Assembly (NCBI GenBank): GCA_963835065.1
Contig: CAWIEK010000037.1
Coordinates: 32,001-96,000 of the forward strand
Direction of reading: 5' to 3'
Source of the DNA: an uncultured Chthonomonadaceae bacterium
Lineage (GTDB): Bacteria > Armatimonadota > Chthonomonadetes > Chthonomonadales > Chthonomonadaceae
DNA length: 64,000 nucleotides
Part shown: one piece after another, positions 1 through 10,036 of the stretch
Numbering within the stretch: position 1 is the stretch's first letter
How the letters are laid out: the number at the start of each line of letters is the position of its first letter
The notes under the pieces: generated by a model
Told to the model about the DNA's origin: nothing
Databases searched by the model: none
Seen by the model: the letters and a program-made list of their open reading frames with translations, nothing else
Made by a program: the position numbers and the translations under genes

Positions 1-3000
1 ATGCCCATTCCGGGCAGCCTGTTTCCGGCTTGCAGTTGGACACGACGGATGCGGGCGGCAGGCGGGCCATGAACCGAACGGATCGGCAGGGCATCTGCCG
101 CTTTCCCTGCGAAGCGGCGCAGGCGAACACCTGGGTGTATGGCGAACGCAATGGCTCGCCCGCGTTCGTGCTGTCGGGCGCTCCCCCGCCGCCCGAACCC
201 TATGCCGTTTATGTTGTTACCGACCGTCCGGTCTATCGCCCCGGTCACAAAGCGCAGTTCAAGGGAACCGTTCGGCAGCGTTTCGAGGGGGATGCGCCCG
301 GCGGGTTTACCTACAGCGTGTTTGCCAACAAAGCCTTGAACGTCGAAATACGCGACGCGACGGACGCCCTGCTGTCGCGCCAAACCGTCACGACAAACGC
401 GAATGGTTCCTTTGACGGCAATTTTCAACTGGCAAGTGAGCCGACACTGGGCAACTGGCAGATATGTATCGCCATCGGCGCGTACCGGGCGTATGGCGCG
501 TTCAGCGTCGAAGCGTACCGCAAGCCGGAATTCACGACGGAAATAAAATTCGCGCAGCCGCACTATTTGGGCGGCACAAAAGTTCCCGTCACCATTGACA
601 CAAGGTACTATTTCGGCCAGCCGGTCAATGGCGCGTCCGTCGCGTACACCATTCAATTTCAGCCCGAATACAGCGGCGGCATGGGCAGTGAGGGAACGCC
701 CGCGATCCCGGAGCCGCCGTTCAACGGGCAGGGCATTACGGACGCGCAGGGACAACTGAAACTGGAAATCCAAACCCAACGGCTTCCGCTCAATCGCCGC
801 CTGCTGATTCACGCCACCGTCACCGACCTGAGCCGGCGTTCGCAGCAGGCGGACGGCAGCGCATTGGTGACGGGCGGCATGTTCCACTTGCGGCTGGAAA
901 CGGACAAGAGCGTGTACCGCGCCGGTGAGCGCCTGACTGTCACCGTTCATGCCGAAGATTACGACGGCAAGCCTGTTGCCACGCCCGCCCGTGTCCATCT
1001 GATCGAAACCAAGTATGACCGCAGCCACCGCCCTTACAAGGAAACAACCACGCGCCCGGTCGCCACCAATGCAGGCGGCGTCGGCGCAACGGAGTTTACG
1101 CCGCCCCGTCCCGGCTATCTGCTGCTGTCCATAGAAACGTTCGACACCGACCACAACAAAATCCAAGCGCAATTGTACGTCTGGATCGCCGGCGACGAAG
1201 CCGAAACCTACGATTACCCCACGCTCAACGTCCTGCCCGACAAAACAACCTACAAACCGGGCGAAACGGCAACACTGCTGCTCAACACGTCCCTAATCAC
1301 GCCAAAAACAGCAACGATCCAAACGGCAAACGCAACCCAACCCAACGCCCAACGCCGCCAACCTAATCGCCGCCGCCGCCAATCACCAATCCCCAATCGA
1401 AAATCGAAAATCGAGAATCGCCAGGCCTGGGCTTTGGTCACAGTGGAAGGCGAACGCCTGTATGCCGCCCGCGTGGTTCCCATTTCCAGTCGCTCCACCA
1501 TGCTTCAGGTTCCGCTTGCGGGCAATTACTTTCCCTCCGTTGAAGTAAACGTCATGCTCATTCAGGAAAAGCAAACCTATCAGCAGCAGGTGCGGCTGAC
1601 CGTGCAGCGTGACGCGCAAAAACTGAATGTACAGGTGACACCCGACAAGCCGCGCTATCAGCCGGGCGAAACCGCCACCTATACCATTATGACGCGCAAT
1701 TCTGTGGGCGCTCCGGTTCCCGCCGAGATCGGGTTCGGGGTTGTGGACGCCAGCATTTATGCCATTCAGCCGGATCGCGCGCCCAACATCGAAGGGTTTT
1801 TCTACGCGGGGCAGCAGGTACGCATCCAGACTGACTTTTCCTTTGCCGCGCAGTACAGCGGCGGCGCGTTTCAGACCGTGCCGCAGGCCGCGCCCGGTAC
1901 GCCAACCCGCGCCAGTTCAAATATCCGGGTACGGCGGCAGTTTGCGGATACCGCCTATTGGAATCCGTTTGTCGCAACGGACGCGGGCGGCAGGGCGCAA
2001 GTGTCGTTCGTGATGCCTGACAATCTGACGACATGGCGGGCGACGGCGCGGGGAATCACGTCCCAAACCCTCGTCGGCACGGCAACGCAGGACGTGACCG
2101 CAACTATGCCCCTGCTCGTTCGCCTCACCCTGCCTCGCTTTTACGTGCAGGGCGATCAGGCGACCGTATCGGCTATTGTCCACAACTACACGGGTACGGA
2201 GCGCGAAGTCCGGGCGCGTATCGAAACAACCGGAGCCGACCTGGAAGGAGCAGGCGAACGAACCTTGCGCCTTGCCTCGAACAGCGAGCAACGGCTGGAC
2301 TGGACAGCGCACATCCGCAAAACAGCGGGCAGCGCTTCCACTCCCATCCGGTTTCTCGTCACCGCGGATGGCGGCACAGGCGCTCAGGACGCGATGGAAC
2401 TGACCCTGCCCGCGCAGGAAGATGGCGTAAAGCAGGTCGAGTCGAAAGCCGACGCGCTGGACGATACCGGCGAAGTGTACGCCAAAGACCTGTCGCAATT
2501 GCCGCCCAACGCAACTGTAACCCTGACGCTTGCGCCCTCCATTGCCGCCGCCACGCTGGACGCGCTGGACTATCTGACTTCCTATCCTTACGGCTGCGCC
2601 GAGCAAACGATGAGTTCGTTCCTGCCCGATGTGATCGTGTCCCGCGCATTAAAGCGGCTGGGTTCCACGCGCGCCACGCATCCTAATCTGGCGCAGTGGG
2701 TCAATCTGGGCCTGCAAAAACTGTACCGCTATCAGCACCCGGACGGCGGCTGGAACTGGTGGGAGTTCGACCAGACGGACGGCGATATGACCGCGTATGT
2801 GCTGTGGGGATTGGTACAGGCAAGGGATGCGGGGTACATCGTGGACGAGCAGCGCATTTTGCGCGGCACGGAAGCGCTATTGCGCCTGCTGAACGGCGAA
2901 CAGGAATGGAACAAACGCGCCGACTGGCTGCTCACCCTGTCGTATGCCGCCCCAACCCGAATTATCGCGCCCCTGACCAACCTGTACGACAACCGCGAAA

Positions 3001-4106
3001 AATTGGACACGTACAGCCTCGCGTCCCTGTGCCTAGCGCTGTCGCAGGAAAACGGTGTTACGCTGAACAATCCCGGCGCTGCCAACAACCCAGGCCTGCT
3101 TCCCGGCGCGGTTCTGCCCAATTTCCGCATGATTGCCGGGGGCGTCGCGCAGGAATTGGAAAGCAAAGTGATGGAGCAGGGCACAACCGCGCATTGGCCG
3201 GCGGCAGTCGGCGGGTACACGTGGCGCAACGATGACGTGGAAGTGACGGCGCGGGTTGTACGGGCATTGCTGACAGCCCGCCCGCGCAGTCCTTTACTGC
3301 CCAAAGCCATCCGCTGGCTGATGGGCAATCGCGTGGGCAAAGCATGGGGTTCCACGCGCAGCAGCGCGGAAGCGGTTTTCGCGCTGGCGCAATGGATGGA
3401 GCAATCCAATGAACTGCATCCCGCGTTTCAAGCGACGGTAAAACTCGACGGGCAGGCATTACAGCAATTCGCGCCCACAAACGCGCAGGTTTTCGACGCG
3501 CCCCTGACCGTCACGCTCACGCCCGCCCAATACGCCGGGAAGAGGACGCTGACGATTGACAAGCAGGGCGCGGGCAGGCTGTATGTCACGACAACCATAA
3601 CTCATGCCGTGCCTTCCGAAGAAGCGCGTCCGCTTGCGCGGGGCATCGGGGTGCATCGCTCGTACCGCATACAGGCCGAAGACCCGTCACAGGCGGGCAG
3701 CGTAGCCTCCGGGGAAACGATTGAGGTTCAGGTGGAGATTACCGCTGAGGCCGATTACCGCTATGCAATGGTGGAAGAGCCGCTTCCCGCCGGCTGCGAA
3801 GTGGAACCCGGCGACGAGCAGTTCCGGCCTGCCGGCCTTGTTTATGAGGGGAGTGGCGGTGGCTATGGCAGCTACGGCAACGGTTATGGGAGCAACGGCG
3901 GTGGTTATGCGCGGCAGGAAACCCATGACAACCGCGTTGTCTTCTTCTTCGACGCGCTGCCCAAAGGCAAAACGCGCCTGACCTATCGCCTTCACGCCGA
4001 AACGCCCGGCCTGTACCGCATTTTGCCCGGCATCGCGTCCTTAGTCTACTTCCCCGAAGTGCGCGGGAATGGCCTGCCCGTCCACGCCCGCATCACGGAA
4101 AGGTAA
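1..4106 (+). CDS. Bacterial alpha-2-macroglobulin (MG2, A2M and thioester domains), 5'-truncated by the window edge
   Basis: TDRPVYRPG MG2 motif, FADTAYW, PDNLTTWRATA, thioester motif PYGCAEQ, C-terminal LPAGCE and YRLHAETPG; the frame is open from the window start. Confidence 0.95.
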   Translation, partial: AHSGQPVSGLQLDTTDAGGRRAMNRTDRQGICRFPCEAAQANTWVYGERNGSPAFVLSGAPPPPEPYAVYVVTDRPVYRPGHKAQFKGTVRQRFEGDAPGGFTYSVFANKALNVEIRDATDALLSRQTVTTNANGSFDGNFQLASEPTLGNWQICIAIGAYRAYGAFSVEAYRKPEFTTEIKFAQPHYLGGTKVPVTIDTRYYFGQPVNGASVAYTIQFQPEYSGGMGSEGTPAIPEPPFNGQGITDAQGQLKLEIQTQRLPLNRRLLIHATVTDLSRRSQQADGSALVTGGMFHLRLETDKSVYRAGERLTVTVHAEDYDGKPVATPARVHLIETKYDRSHRPYKETTTRPVATNAGGVGATEFTPPRPGYLLLSIETFDTDHNKIQAQLYVWIAGDEAETYDYPTLNVLPDKTTYKPGETATLLLNTSLITPKTATIQTANATQPNAQRRQPNRRRRQSPIPNRKSKIENRQAWALVTVEGERLYAARVVPISSRSTMLQVPLAGNYFPSVEVNVMLIQEKQTYQQQVRLTVQRDAQKLNVQVTPDKPRYQPGETATYTIMTRNSVGAPVPAEIGFGVVDASIYAIQPDRAPNIEGFFYAGQQVRIQTDFSFAAQYSGGAFQTVPQAAPGTPTRASSNIRVRRQFADTAYWNPFVATDAGGRAQVSFVMPDNLTTWRATARGITSQTLVGTATQDVTATMPLLVRLTLPRFYVQGDQATVSAIVHNYTGTEREVRARIETTGADLEGAGERTLRLASNSEQRLDWTAHIRKTAGSASTPIRFLVTADGGTGAQDAMELTLPAQEDGVKQVESKADALDDTGEVYAKDLSQLPPNATVTLTLAPSIAAATLDALDYLTSYPYGCAEQTMSSFLPDVIVSRALKRLGSTRATHPNLAQWVNLGLQKLYRYQHPDGGWNWWEFDQTDGDMTAYVLWGLVQARDAGYIVDEQRILRGTEALLRLLNGEQEWNKRADWLLTLSYAAPTRIIAPLTNLYDNREKLDTYSLASLCLALSQENGVTLNNPGAANNPGLLPGAVLPNFRMIAGGVAQELESKVMEQGTTAHWPAAVGGYTWRNDDVEVTARVVRALLTARPRSPLLPKAIRWLMGNRVGKAWGSTRSSAEAVFALAQWMEQSNELHPAFQATVKLDGQALQQFAPTNAQVFDAPLTVTLTPAQYAGKRTLTIDKQGAGRLYVTTTITHAVPSEEARPLARGIGVHRSYRIQAEDPSQAGSVASGETIEVQVEITAEADYRYAMVEEPLPAGCEVEPGDEQFRPAGLVYEGSGGGYGSYGNGYGSNGGGYARQETHDNRVVFFFDALPKGKTRLTYRLHAETPGLYRILPGIASLVYFPEVRGNGLPVHARITER

Positions 4107-4132
4107 CGGCACAGCATAGAAAGGAAGAACAA

Positions 4133-4684
4133 ATGAAATGGCAAGGTTTCGCCTGTGTGGGAATATTGACTGCGCTTTTAGGCTGCGCTCCACTTCACGC
4201 GGCGGAAACGGAAGCGGCTGTCAATGTCGGCAGCATTGCGCCCCTGTTTACCCTCCCGGATGTGAAGGGCAAAACGTTCGAATTGCAGGCGCAGCGGGGT
4301 GAGATCGTTGTGCTGAATTTTTGGGCGTTCTGGTGCGACACATGGAAGGCGGAACTGCCGCATTTGAAAACCCTGTCGGCGCGGCAGAAAGAAATGGGTT
4401 TCCGGCTGATTGCCCTGAGCGTGGATGGAACGCGCCTGCGCGAGTTTATGAACATCACGGGCGGCAATCTGCCGTTTCCCGTATTGCTCGATCCGGGCGG
4501 CAGTATCAGCCGCCAATACCAGATCGCGCATGTCCCAACGGTGATTATTCTGGATAAGGAGGGTAAAATACGGTATCGAACGTTCGGCTATCCCGGCAAC
4601 GATGCCGTTCTGCACGAAATTACCCGCATTACGAGTGACGGCGTTTCCCGGCAGGCGAGCAAAATCAAGGTACGTAGCAAGTAG
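4133..4684 (+). CDS. TlpA/ResA-like redoxin with signal peptide; active site CDTW instead of CxxC
   Basis: APLFTL..., VVLNFWAFWCDTW..ELP, cis-Pro VPT motif; SD AAGGAAG upstream. Confidence 0.85.
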   Translation: MKWQGFACVGILTALLGCAPLHAAETEAAVNVGSIAPLFTLPDVKGKTFELQAQRGEIVVLNFWAFWCDTWKAELPHLKTLSARQKEMGFRLIALSVDGTRLREFMNITGGNLPFPVLLDPGGSISRQYQIAHVPTVIILDKEGKIRYRTFGYPGNDAVLHEITRITSDGVSRQASKIKVRSK

Positions 4685-4698
4685 GTAAGGAGAAACGT

Positions 4699-5379
4699 AT
4701 GCGCAATGTTCCACAAAGCCACAAGGCTGGATTTCTGTTTGTACTGTTGATGGTTGTGGCGGGGGCTGTCACGGCACAAACGGCAGCGGGGCATCATCGC
4801 CCCCTTGTGGTCGGCTGGCATGATGAGTTCAACATGCTGGATAATTGGGCGCCCTGGACGGCCTTCGGAAGTTTCGACATCCTGCGCGGCGACGTGGGCA
4901 AGCTGACCGTCGTGATGGGAAAAACGGCGATGCGCGATGCCAATTTCAACAACTACCGCGCCGGTGTGTATCAGGATTTCGATGTTGATTTGGCGAAGTA
5001 CCCGGTTGTCGCCATCCATGTGCTTCGGATGCAGAATGCGGCGACCTGGGATGCGCAAGTAGGCGAGTATCGGGATGAAGCATTACCGGAGGCACATGAT
5101 ACGTCTCATGGAGGAGGCGTGGCGCGTCCGGGAAATCCGAAACAGTTGGTTATGGACTCTATCGGGGATTGCGGCGCACAGCAAAAGCCCGGCTTAGTTT
5201 TTATTTCTTTGTCTCCAACGTCTTACGGCAGCAAAGGCAGACAGCATGTTCGCCTGTTGCTCAATGCGAACGGTCCGCGCCAGAGTTACGTTGATTTTGC
5301 CTGGGTGCGGTTTATTCGGCGGGAAGACGTGGCGCATTTGCGCTCACATCCTGAAACTGCGCTTGTTGTTACACCCTGA
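4699..5379 (+). CDS. Hypothetical secreted protein
   Basis: SD AAGGAG, N-terminal hydrophobic signal with AQT cleavage site, co-oriented in the operon. Confidence 0.7.
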   Translation: MRNVPQSHKAGFLFVLLMVVAGAVTAQTAAGHHRPLVVGWHDEFNMLDNWAPWTAFGSFDILRGDVGKLTVVMGKTAMRDANFNNYRAGVYQDFDVDLAKYPVVAIHVLRMQNAATWDAQVGEYRDEALPEAHDTSHGGGVARPGNPKQLVMDSIGDCGAQQKPGLVFISLSPTSYGSKGRQHVRLLLNANGPRQSYVDFAWVRFIRREDVAHLRSHPETALVVTP

Positions 5380-5439
5380 AGGGCATCCTGCGCTTCACTG
5401 ACGATGAAATAAATGGATATATGAAAGGAGTGTTTCGCC

Positions 5440-6099
5440 ATGATTGCAGAAGCTGTCGCTCTAGCCCCTGTGCCGCTTGCCGTTCCTGCGCCGACTGTTG
5501 CCTCCTTGCCGCCTGCTCCAAAGATAACGGTGCAGCAATATTTGGAAATGGAGCGCAAATCGGAAGTTCGGCACGAATATGTGAATGGAAAGATTATCGA
5601 AATGGCAGGCGAGTCCCCCACGCACAACCGTATTGCTGGAAACATATATCGTCATCTTGGCAACCGATTTGAAGATCAACCCTGTGACGTGTTTATCGAA
5701 GGCATCCGTGTACGGGTTACGCCGACGCAGTACCGCTATCCTGATGTGGTTGCATTATGCGGCGAGGCGCAATTCGACGCCACAAGGCCACCCGCCCTGC
5801 TCAACCCCGGCGTTATTTTTGAAGTGCTGTCGCCAACAACCGAGCAAGAAGACCGTGACGAAAAGTGGACGGAGTACCAACAACTGCCGAGCGTAACGGA
5901 CTATGTTCTGGTTTCGCAGAATGTCGTTCAGGTAATCCATTACGTCCGTGTTTCCGATACACATTGGACAATTACGATCTACCACGACCTGCAAAATGCG
6001 CTGACGCTGGCTTCGCTGAACACCACTTTGCCCCTTGCCGACGTTTACCGCAAGATTGTTTTCCCCACAGTGGAAGCGCCCGCTGCAACAGACGGGTAA
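5440..6099 (+). CDS. Uma2-family (DUF820) putative endonuclease
   Basis: RHEYVNG..MAG.S..HN, YPDVV, FEVLSPTT..DR.EK..Y motifs. Confidence 0.93.
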   Translation: MIAEAVALAPVPLAVPAPTVASLPPAPKITVQQYLEMERKSEVRHEYVNGKIIEMAGESPTHNRIAGNIYRHLGNRFEDQPCDVFIEGIRVRVTPTQYRYPDVVALCGEAQFDATRPPALLNPGVIFEVLSPTTEQEDRDEKWTEYQQLPSVTDYVLVSQNVVQVIHYVRVSDTHWTITIYHDLQNALTLASLNTTLPLADVYRKIVFPTVEAPAATDG

Positions 6100-6121
6100 A
6101 CGTTCCTGCATCGTATGAAAA

Positions 6122-6185
6122 TGCCTGAACACCCAATACCGAATACCCAATACCGAATACCGGAACACAGGAACACCTGAACACC
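6122..6185. repeat. Heptamer/octamer tandem array (CC[C/G]AATA, CTGAACAC-type) between convergent genes
   Basis: cccaata ccgaata cccaata ccgaata followed by ggaacac/ctgaacac variants. Confidence 0.85.
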
Positions 6186-6200
6186 GGTTTTTAGATTCGG

Positions 6201-7920
6201 CTATTTCCGTTCGTGCGCGCCGATGTCGTACTCCCTGCCGTTGGGCAGATGGTCGCCGAAAAAGTCCTCTTCGCCAACATGGATGCCGTAATAAATAGGA
6301 AGATGAACCCCGGCGTTGATGAGGGGCGATTTGGCCGTAAGCCGGTAAGCGTCGAGTTTATGGAGAATATCTGCGTTGTTGAGCGTGGGAGCCATGCCGG
6401 GATGGACGAGCAGCGGGTCTACTTCCAAGCCAACGGCCTTATCTGCGCCTTCTCTTTCACTACCTCTGTTATCGCCGCTTGTCTTGTCACCGCTTATCTT
6501 GTCACCACTGGCCTTGCTGCTGTTCCGCGCTGATTTGCCTTCCTGTCGCGTGGCGAGTTGAAAAGCGTTCAGACTGCCATACGTAACGCCGTTCCACGTC
6601 AGTTGAAACCGGTCGCCGCTGCTCCAATACGCATTGCCGCGCAGCAGAACGTCCGCCTCCCTGCTTTTCTCCAGCAATGGTACACCGCCCGTCGTCAGCA
6701 GAATGTTGTTGAAACAGCGAATGTTTCTGCCGCCGCTGACAATCAGGGCGCAGGGAGATGCGCCGGACATGGAATTGGCGGCAGGGCTGGTAAACAGCGT
6801 GTTGTTGTAAACGTTGACATCGCGTACATCGCCGCCAACGAAAATACCGCTGTAATGGTGTTTGCGCCCATCGTTCTGGCTGATATTGTAGCGGACGGTG
6901 TTGGCGCGAAACGTGTACGGCGCGTCGGGGTAGGTGTAAATCAGGTAGCCCGCGCCCTCATTGTCGTGGGAATAGTTGTATTGCAGAGTGGAGTTGGTGA
7001 CGCCGCCATCGAAATCGAAGCCGCCGCCATCAAGGGATTGGTCACTTGTCCGGTTGTGGTGGGACTCGCAATGCTGTATGGTGATGTTGTTACAGGCCGC
7101 CGCCCAAATCCCAATCGGCCCGCCAAGTTTGCACGGACACAAGGCTCCATTATCATGCGCCACGCAGCGGTCAATCAGGCCGCCATCTACAAATTCCAAA
7201 AAAATGCCGCTCCCGGAATGGTTGGCGATAAATTTCGGGTCGCCGGGATTGTCATAGGCCACGCAATGGTCAACGATCACATTCGCGTTGGCATAGCGCG
7301 TGGCATGGGTATCAAACACGCCGGTCACGTAAATGCCCGTATAAGCATTGTCATGCGCGACGCAGCGAAGGAGGCGAACGTCGCCGTACCCGCTCTGGCT
7401 TTTGTCGGACGCCGCGCCTTCTATTAAAATGCCGTGCCTGCCGAAACCCTGCGCTTCCACATTCGTCGCGCGAACGTAGGCCAGGCGCTTATTCCCTGGC
7501 AGTTCGTTGCGAAAAACCAATCCACTGCCCCGGTTGGCTTCCCGCCCCGCGCCCATGATAACAAGATTGCTGACGCTCCATCCGCCCGCGTTGCGAATCA
7601 AAACGCCCGTGCCGTTCCCGGCGTTGATGACGGCGCGGCCTTTGCCATAGGAGGTAAGCGCAATCGGCTTTAGCTTCGGTTCCCGCCCCATGCAGTTCCA
7701 TACCCCCCGGAAACGTGTCACCCCCATGCAGCAGGACGCGATCCCCGGCCTGAAACGTCTGCCTGCTGACCTGCGCCAATGTTTGCCACGCCCGCCCCGG
7801 CGCGGTTCCCGCTTCCGTATCGCTGCCGTTCGCGCTGACATAGTAATCCGCCGCCCCCGCTCCAACACTTACTCCCAAAGCCCACCACAACCCAAGTACA
7901 ATCGCCCAAATCCTGCGCAT
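6201..7920 (-). CDS. Secreted right-handed parallel beta-helix protein, frameshifted near 7675
   Basis: ORF 7489..7920 gives the signal peptide plus ADYYVS.NGSD...GDRVLL.GG.TF; ORF 6201..7868 gives the beta-helix repeats (DGGGFDFD, YNYSHDNEG) and terminal DIGAHE. Confidence 0.85.
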
Positions 7921-8166
7921 GTTTCCGGCTCCTCTGCATTGATATTCTGCTATGGAGAACCAAAAACCTCTTTTGCAGGCAAGTTTTCACGCTCCAATTG
8001 ATTCTTCTCATCCAATGAGGGGCACAAATTAGATTCGTTAGCCGTCGCTCACTTGACATCAATACCAAAAGTCTGTAATATATTCCATAGCGCATTTTGT
8101 AATTCCATGCGTCTCCTGTATCCGCCTCTGATGTTCCGAGAGGCGTTAAAATGCAAAGGTACAAAC

Positions 8167-8433
8167 ATGACCTTGACGATTGACTTGCCCGATGAACTGG
8201 CCTCTCGACTAAGTGCGCTTCTGCCCGCAGAAGAGCGTGGACGCTTTGCCGTTTCCGCAATTGCCGATGCGCTTCTCGCTCAAGAGCGTGACTCCGCCGA
8301 ATGTATTGCCGCAGTCGAGGAGGCATTTATTGATGTAGATAAGGGCCGCACCATCTCCTTTGAAGAAGAAGAAGCGCGTTGGCAGCTGCAAAAGACCGCG
8401 TTGCTGACGAAGACTGGCGTTCATGTGGCATGA
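8167..8433 (+). CDS. Putative type II antitoxin
   Basis: MTLTIDLPDEL N-terminus, acidic C-terminus, ATGA overlap with the downstream toxin. Confidence 0.75.
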   Translation: MTLTIDLPDELASRLSALLPAEERGRFAVSAIADALLAQERDSAECIAAVEEAFIDVDKGRTISFEEEEARWQLQKTALLTKTGVHVA

Positions 8434-8828
8434 GCGATACAGAAGACAAAGACGAACCAACGCGGACTTATGCGTTGCGTGTTACCCAACGCGCTCAACG
8501 TGATCTGGACGCGGCAACCGTTTATTTCGCTGAAACCGCTTCACCGGAGATTGCTGTCATGTGGCGTGAAGGGATATACGCGGAGTTGGCTTCGCTTGCC
8601 ACATTTCCGCGCCGTTGTCCGCGTGTACCGGAGCAATTCCATCGTGAGGTGCGCCAACTTTTGTACCGCCGCTCTGGAAGTCAGACAGCCTATCGTATCC
8701 TGTTTGCTATTGCCGGCGAAGAGGAAACATCACCGGATGCGCCGACTGTAATTATTCTTCATGTCCGTCACACCGCCGCTCGTCCCATAACACGAACACA
8801 AGTTCGTATAATCGAGGCAGAGCAATAA
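8430..8828 (+). CDS. RelE/ParE-family toxin
   Basis: Y.LRVT.RA.RDL, L..FP.RCP, YRILF, V.ILHVRH motifs. Confidence 0.88.
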   Translation: MSDTEDKDEPTRTYALRVTQRAQRDLDAATVYFAETASPEIAVMWREGIYAELASLATFPRRCPRVPEQFHREVRQLLYRRSGSQTAYRILFAIAGEEETSPDAPTVIILHVRHTAARPITRTQVRIIEAEQ

Positions 8829-8913
8829 ATGAGACGTGCTGATGCAGGCCACATAAAGCAAAACCAACTGCCATTAGAGTGGGATATTCAGGCAAAGGAA
8901 AGGACCGGTCAGT

Positions 8914-9264
8914 ATGCGTAACAATCACCGATGGAATGAAAACGATGAAATCATAGGTTTGTACCTATACCGATTTGGAGACAAAAGCCTTTCCTACTCT
9001 AAAGAGGAACTAGCAGATAACATCGGCATGGGCTGGGGCAGTATGAGTATGAAGATCTCCAACTTTCGTTATTTAGACGGACAGGGAGGTTTATCAGAAT
9101 ACTCACGCCAATGTGAAAACATCTATTTGCGTTACAAAAATATGCCCAATTCCGAGTTTGCGAAAATCGGAATTGAAGCGGTAGTCAAAGCAATTGGAGA
9201 GTATTGCGAACGTCTCCAATCTTTGTTGTCGCCAACCGCAAAAGCAACGCAGCCAACGGCTTAA
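8914..9264 (+). CDS. Hypothetical protein resembling the N-terminal domain of HNH-type restriction endonucleases
   Basis: W...E.I..LYLY...IG....S..MKISNF..LD...GL motif; AT-richer than the flanks. Confidence 0.55.
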   Translation: MRNNHRWNENDEIIGLYLYRFGDKSLSYSKEELADNIGMGWGSMSMKISNFRYLDGQGGLSEYSRQCENIYLRYKNMPNSEFAKIGIEAVVKAIGEYCERLQSLLSPTAKATQPTA

Positions 9265-9393
9265 CAATGCTTTACAACTGGCGTGTCGTGCTGAGTAGCA
9301 GATATTCAGAGCCGGAGGAGGCTTCCATGCAATACGTGACACAGGATAAAGACAAAGCAACACACACTTACGTGCAGCGCTTCGAGGTATGAT

Positions 9394-9663
9394 ATGACCT
9401 TTACCATTGACTTAACGGCCTCGGAGGAGGCGTACTTGGTGGCAGCAGCAAAACAGCGAGGGATTGCGCCAGACGAGTTTCTCAAGCAACTTGTAACGAA
9501 CTGCCTGCCGAAACGTGCGGACGCGACCTTTGCAGAAATTTTAGCGCCGGTTCACGAGTACAGCCGAGAACACGGGTATACCGAGGAAGAATTGGACGAG
9601 TTCGTAGAAGCCGAAGTTGCCGCGTATCGTGCCGAACGCCTCCACTGCTGCTGTTTTCAGTAG
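9394..9663 (+). CDS. Putative antitoxin whose native 3' end is displaced to 12174-12215
   Basis: MTFTIDLT..EEAYL..AAKQRG; SD GAGGT; the native C-terminus AERRAKQKSNAHE* appears after the inserted segment. Confidence 0.7.
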   Translation: MTFTIDLTASEEAYLVAAAKQRGIAPDEFLKQLVTNCLPKRADATFAEILAPVHEYSREHGYTEEELDEFVEAEVAAYRAERLHCCCFQ

Positions 9664-9971
9664 CCGCCTTCCAGCCACGAGACGTACAAGTCGTAATAGT
9701 GGGCGAAGTCTTCGGGCAATCCTTCCTCATCTAAATCTTCTACGCCAATCCAGCGCTCTTTGCCTTTTGCCTGCACCTTGCATTGCAGCGTGTCACTGGC
9801 GCCGACTTGAAAGCCGAGGACTTGCACGGGGCTGCCAAGCAGGTTGGCGCGAAACGGCGTTTCCACTTGCTCCAAAAACGTGTTTTCCCACGCGCTCATC
9901 TGCTCGTACTCGCCGTAAGCGTCCGTCAGTATCTCGTCAATCTCGTCGCGCTTTTCGGATGGTTCCGCCAT
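9657..9971 (-). CDS. CcbP-like (calcium-binding family) small acidic protein, copy 1
   Basis: EILTDAYGEYEQMSAW...PFRA motif; SD AGGAGG; protein identical to copy 2. Confidence 0.65.
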   Translation of the reverse strand: MAEPSEKRDEIDEILTDAYGEYEQMSAWENTFLEQVETPFRANLLGSPVQVLGFQVGASDTLQCKVQAKGKERWIGVEDLDEEGLPEDFAHYYDLYVSWLEGGY

Positions 9972-10036
9972 TTTGCCTCCTGTCCTGTGTTGTTGCCTTG
10001 CGTAGGTGTTTCGTTTATCGGTGTGTACCGGTGGAA

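Noticed and set aside
6460..6510. 15-nt repeats encoding SGDKI/SGDKT/SGDNR
   Set aside because: This is an ordinary short in-frame linker duplication and not part of the heptamer family.
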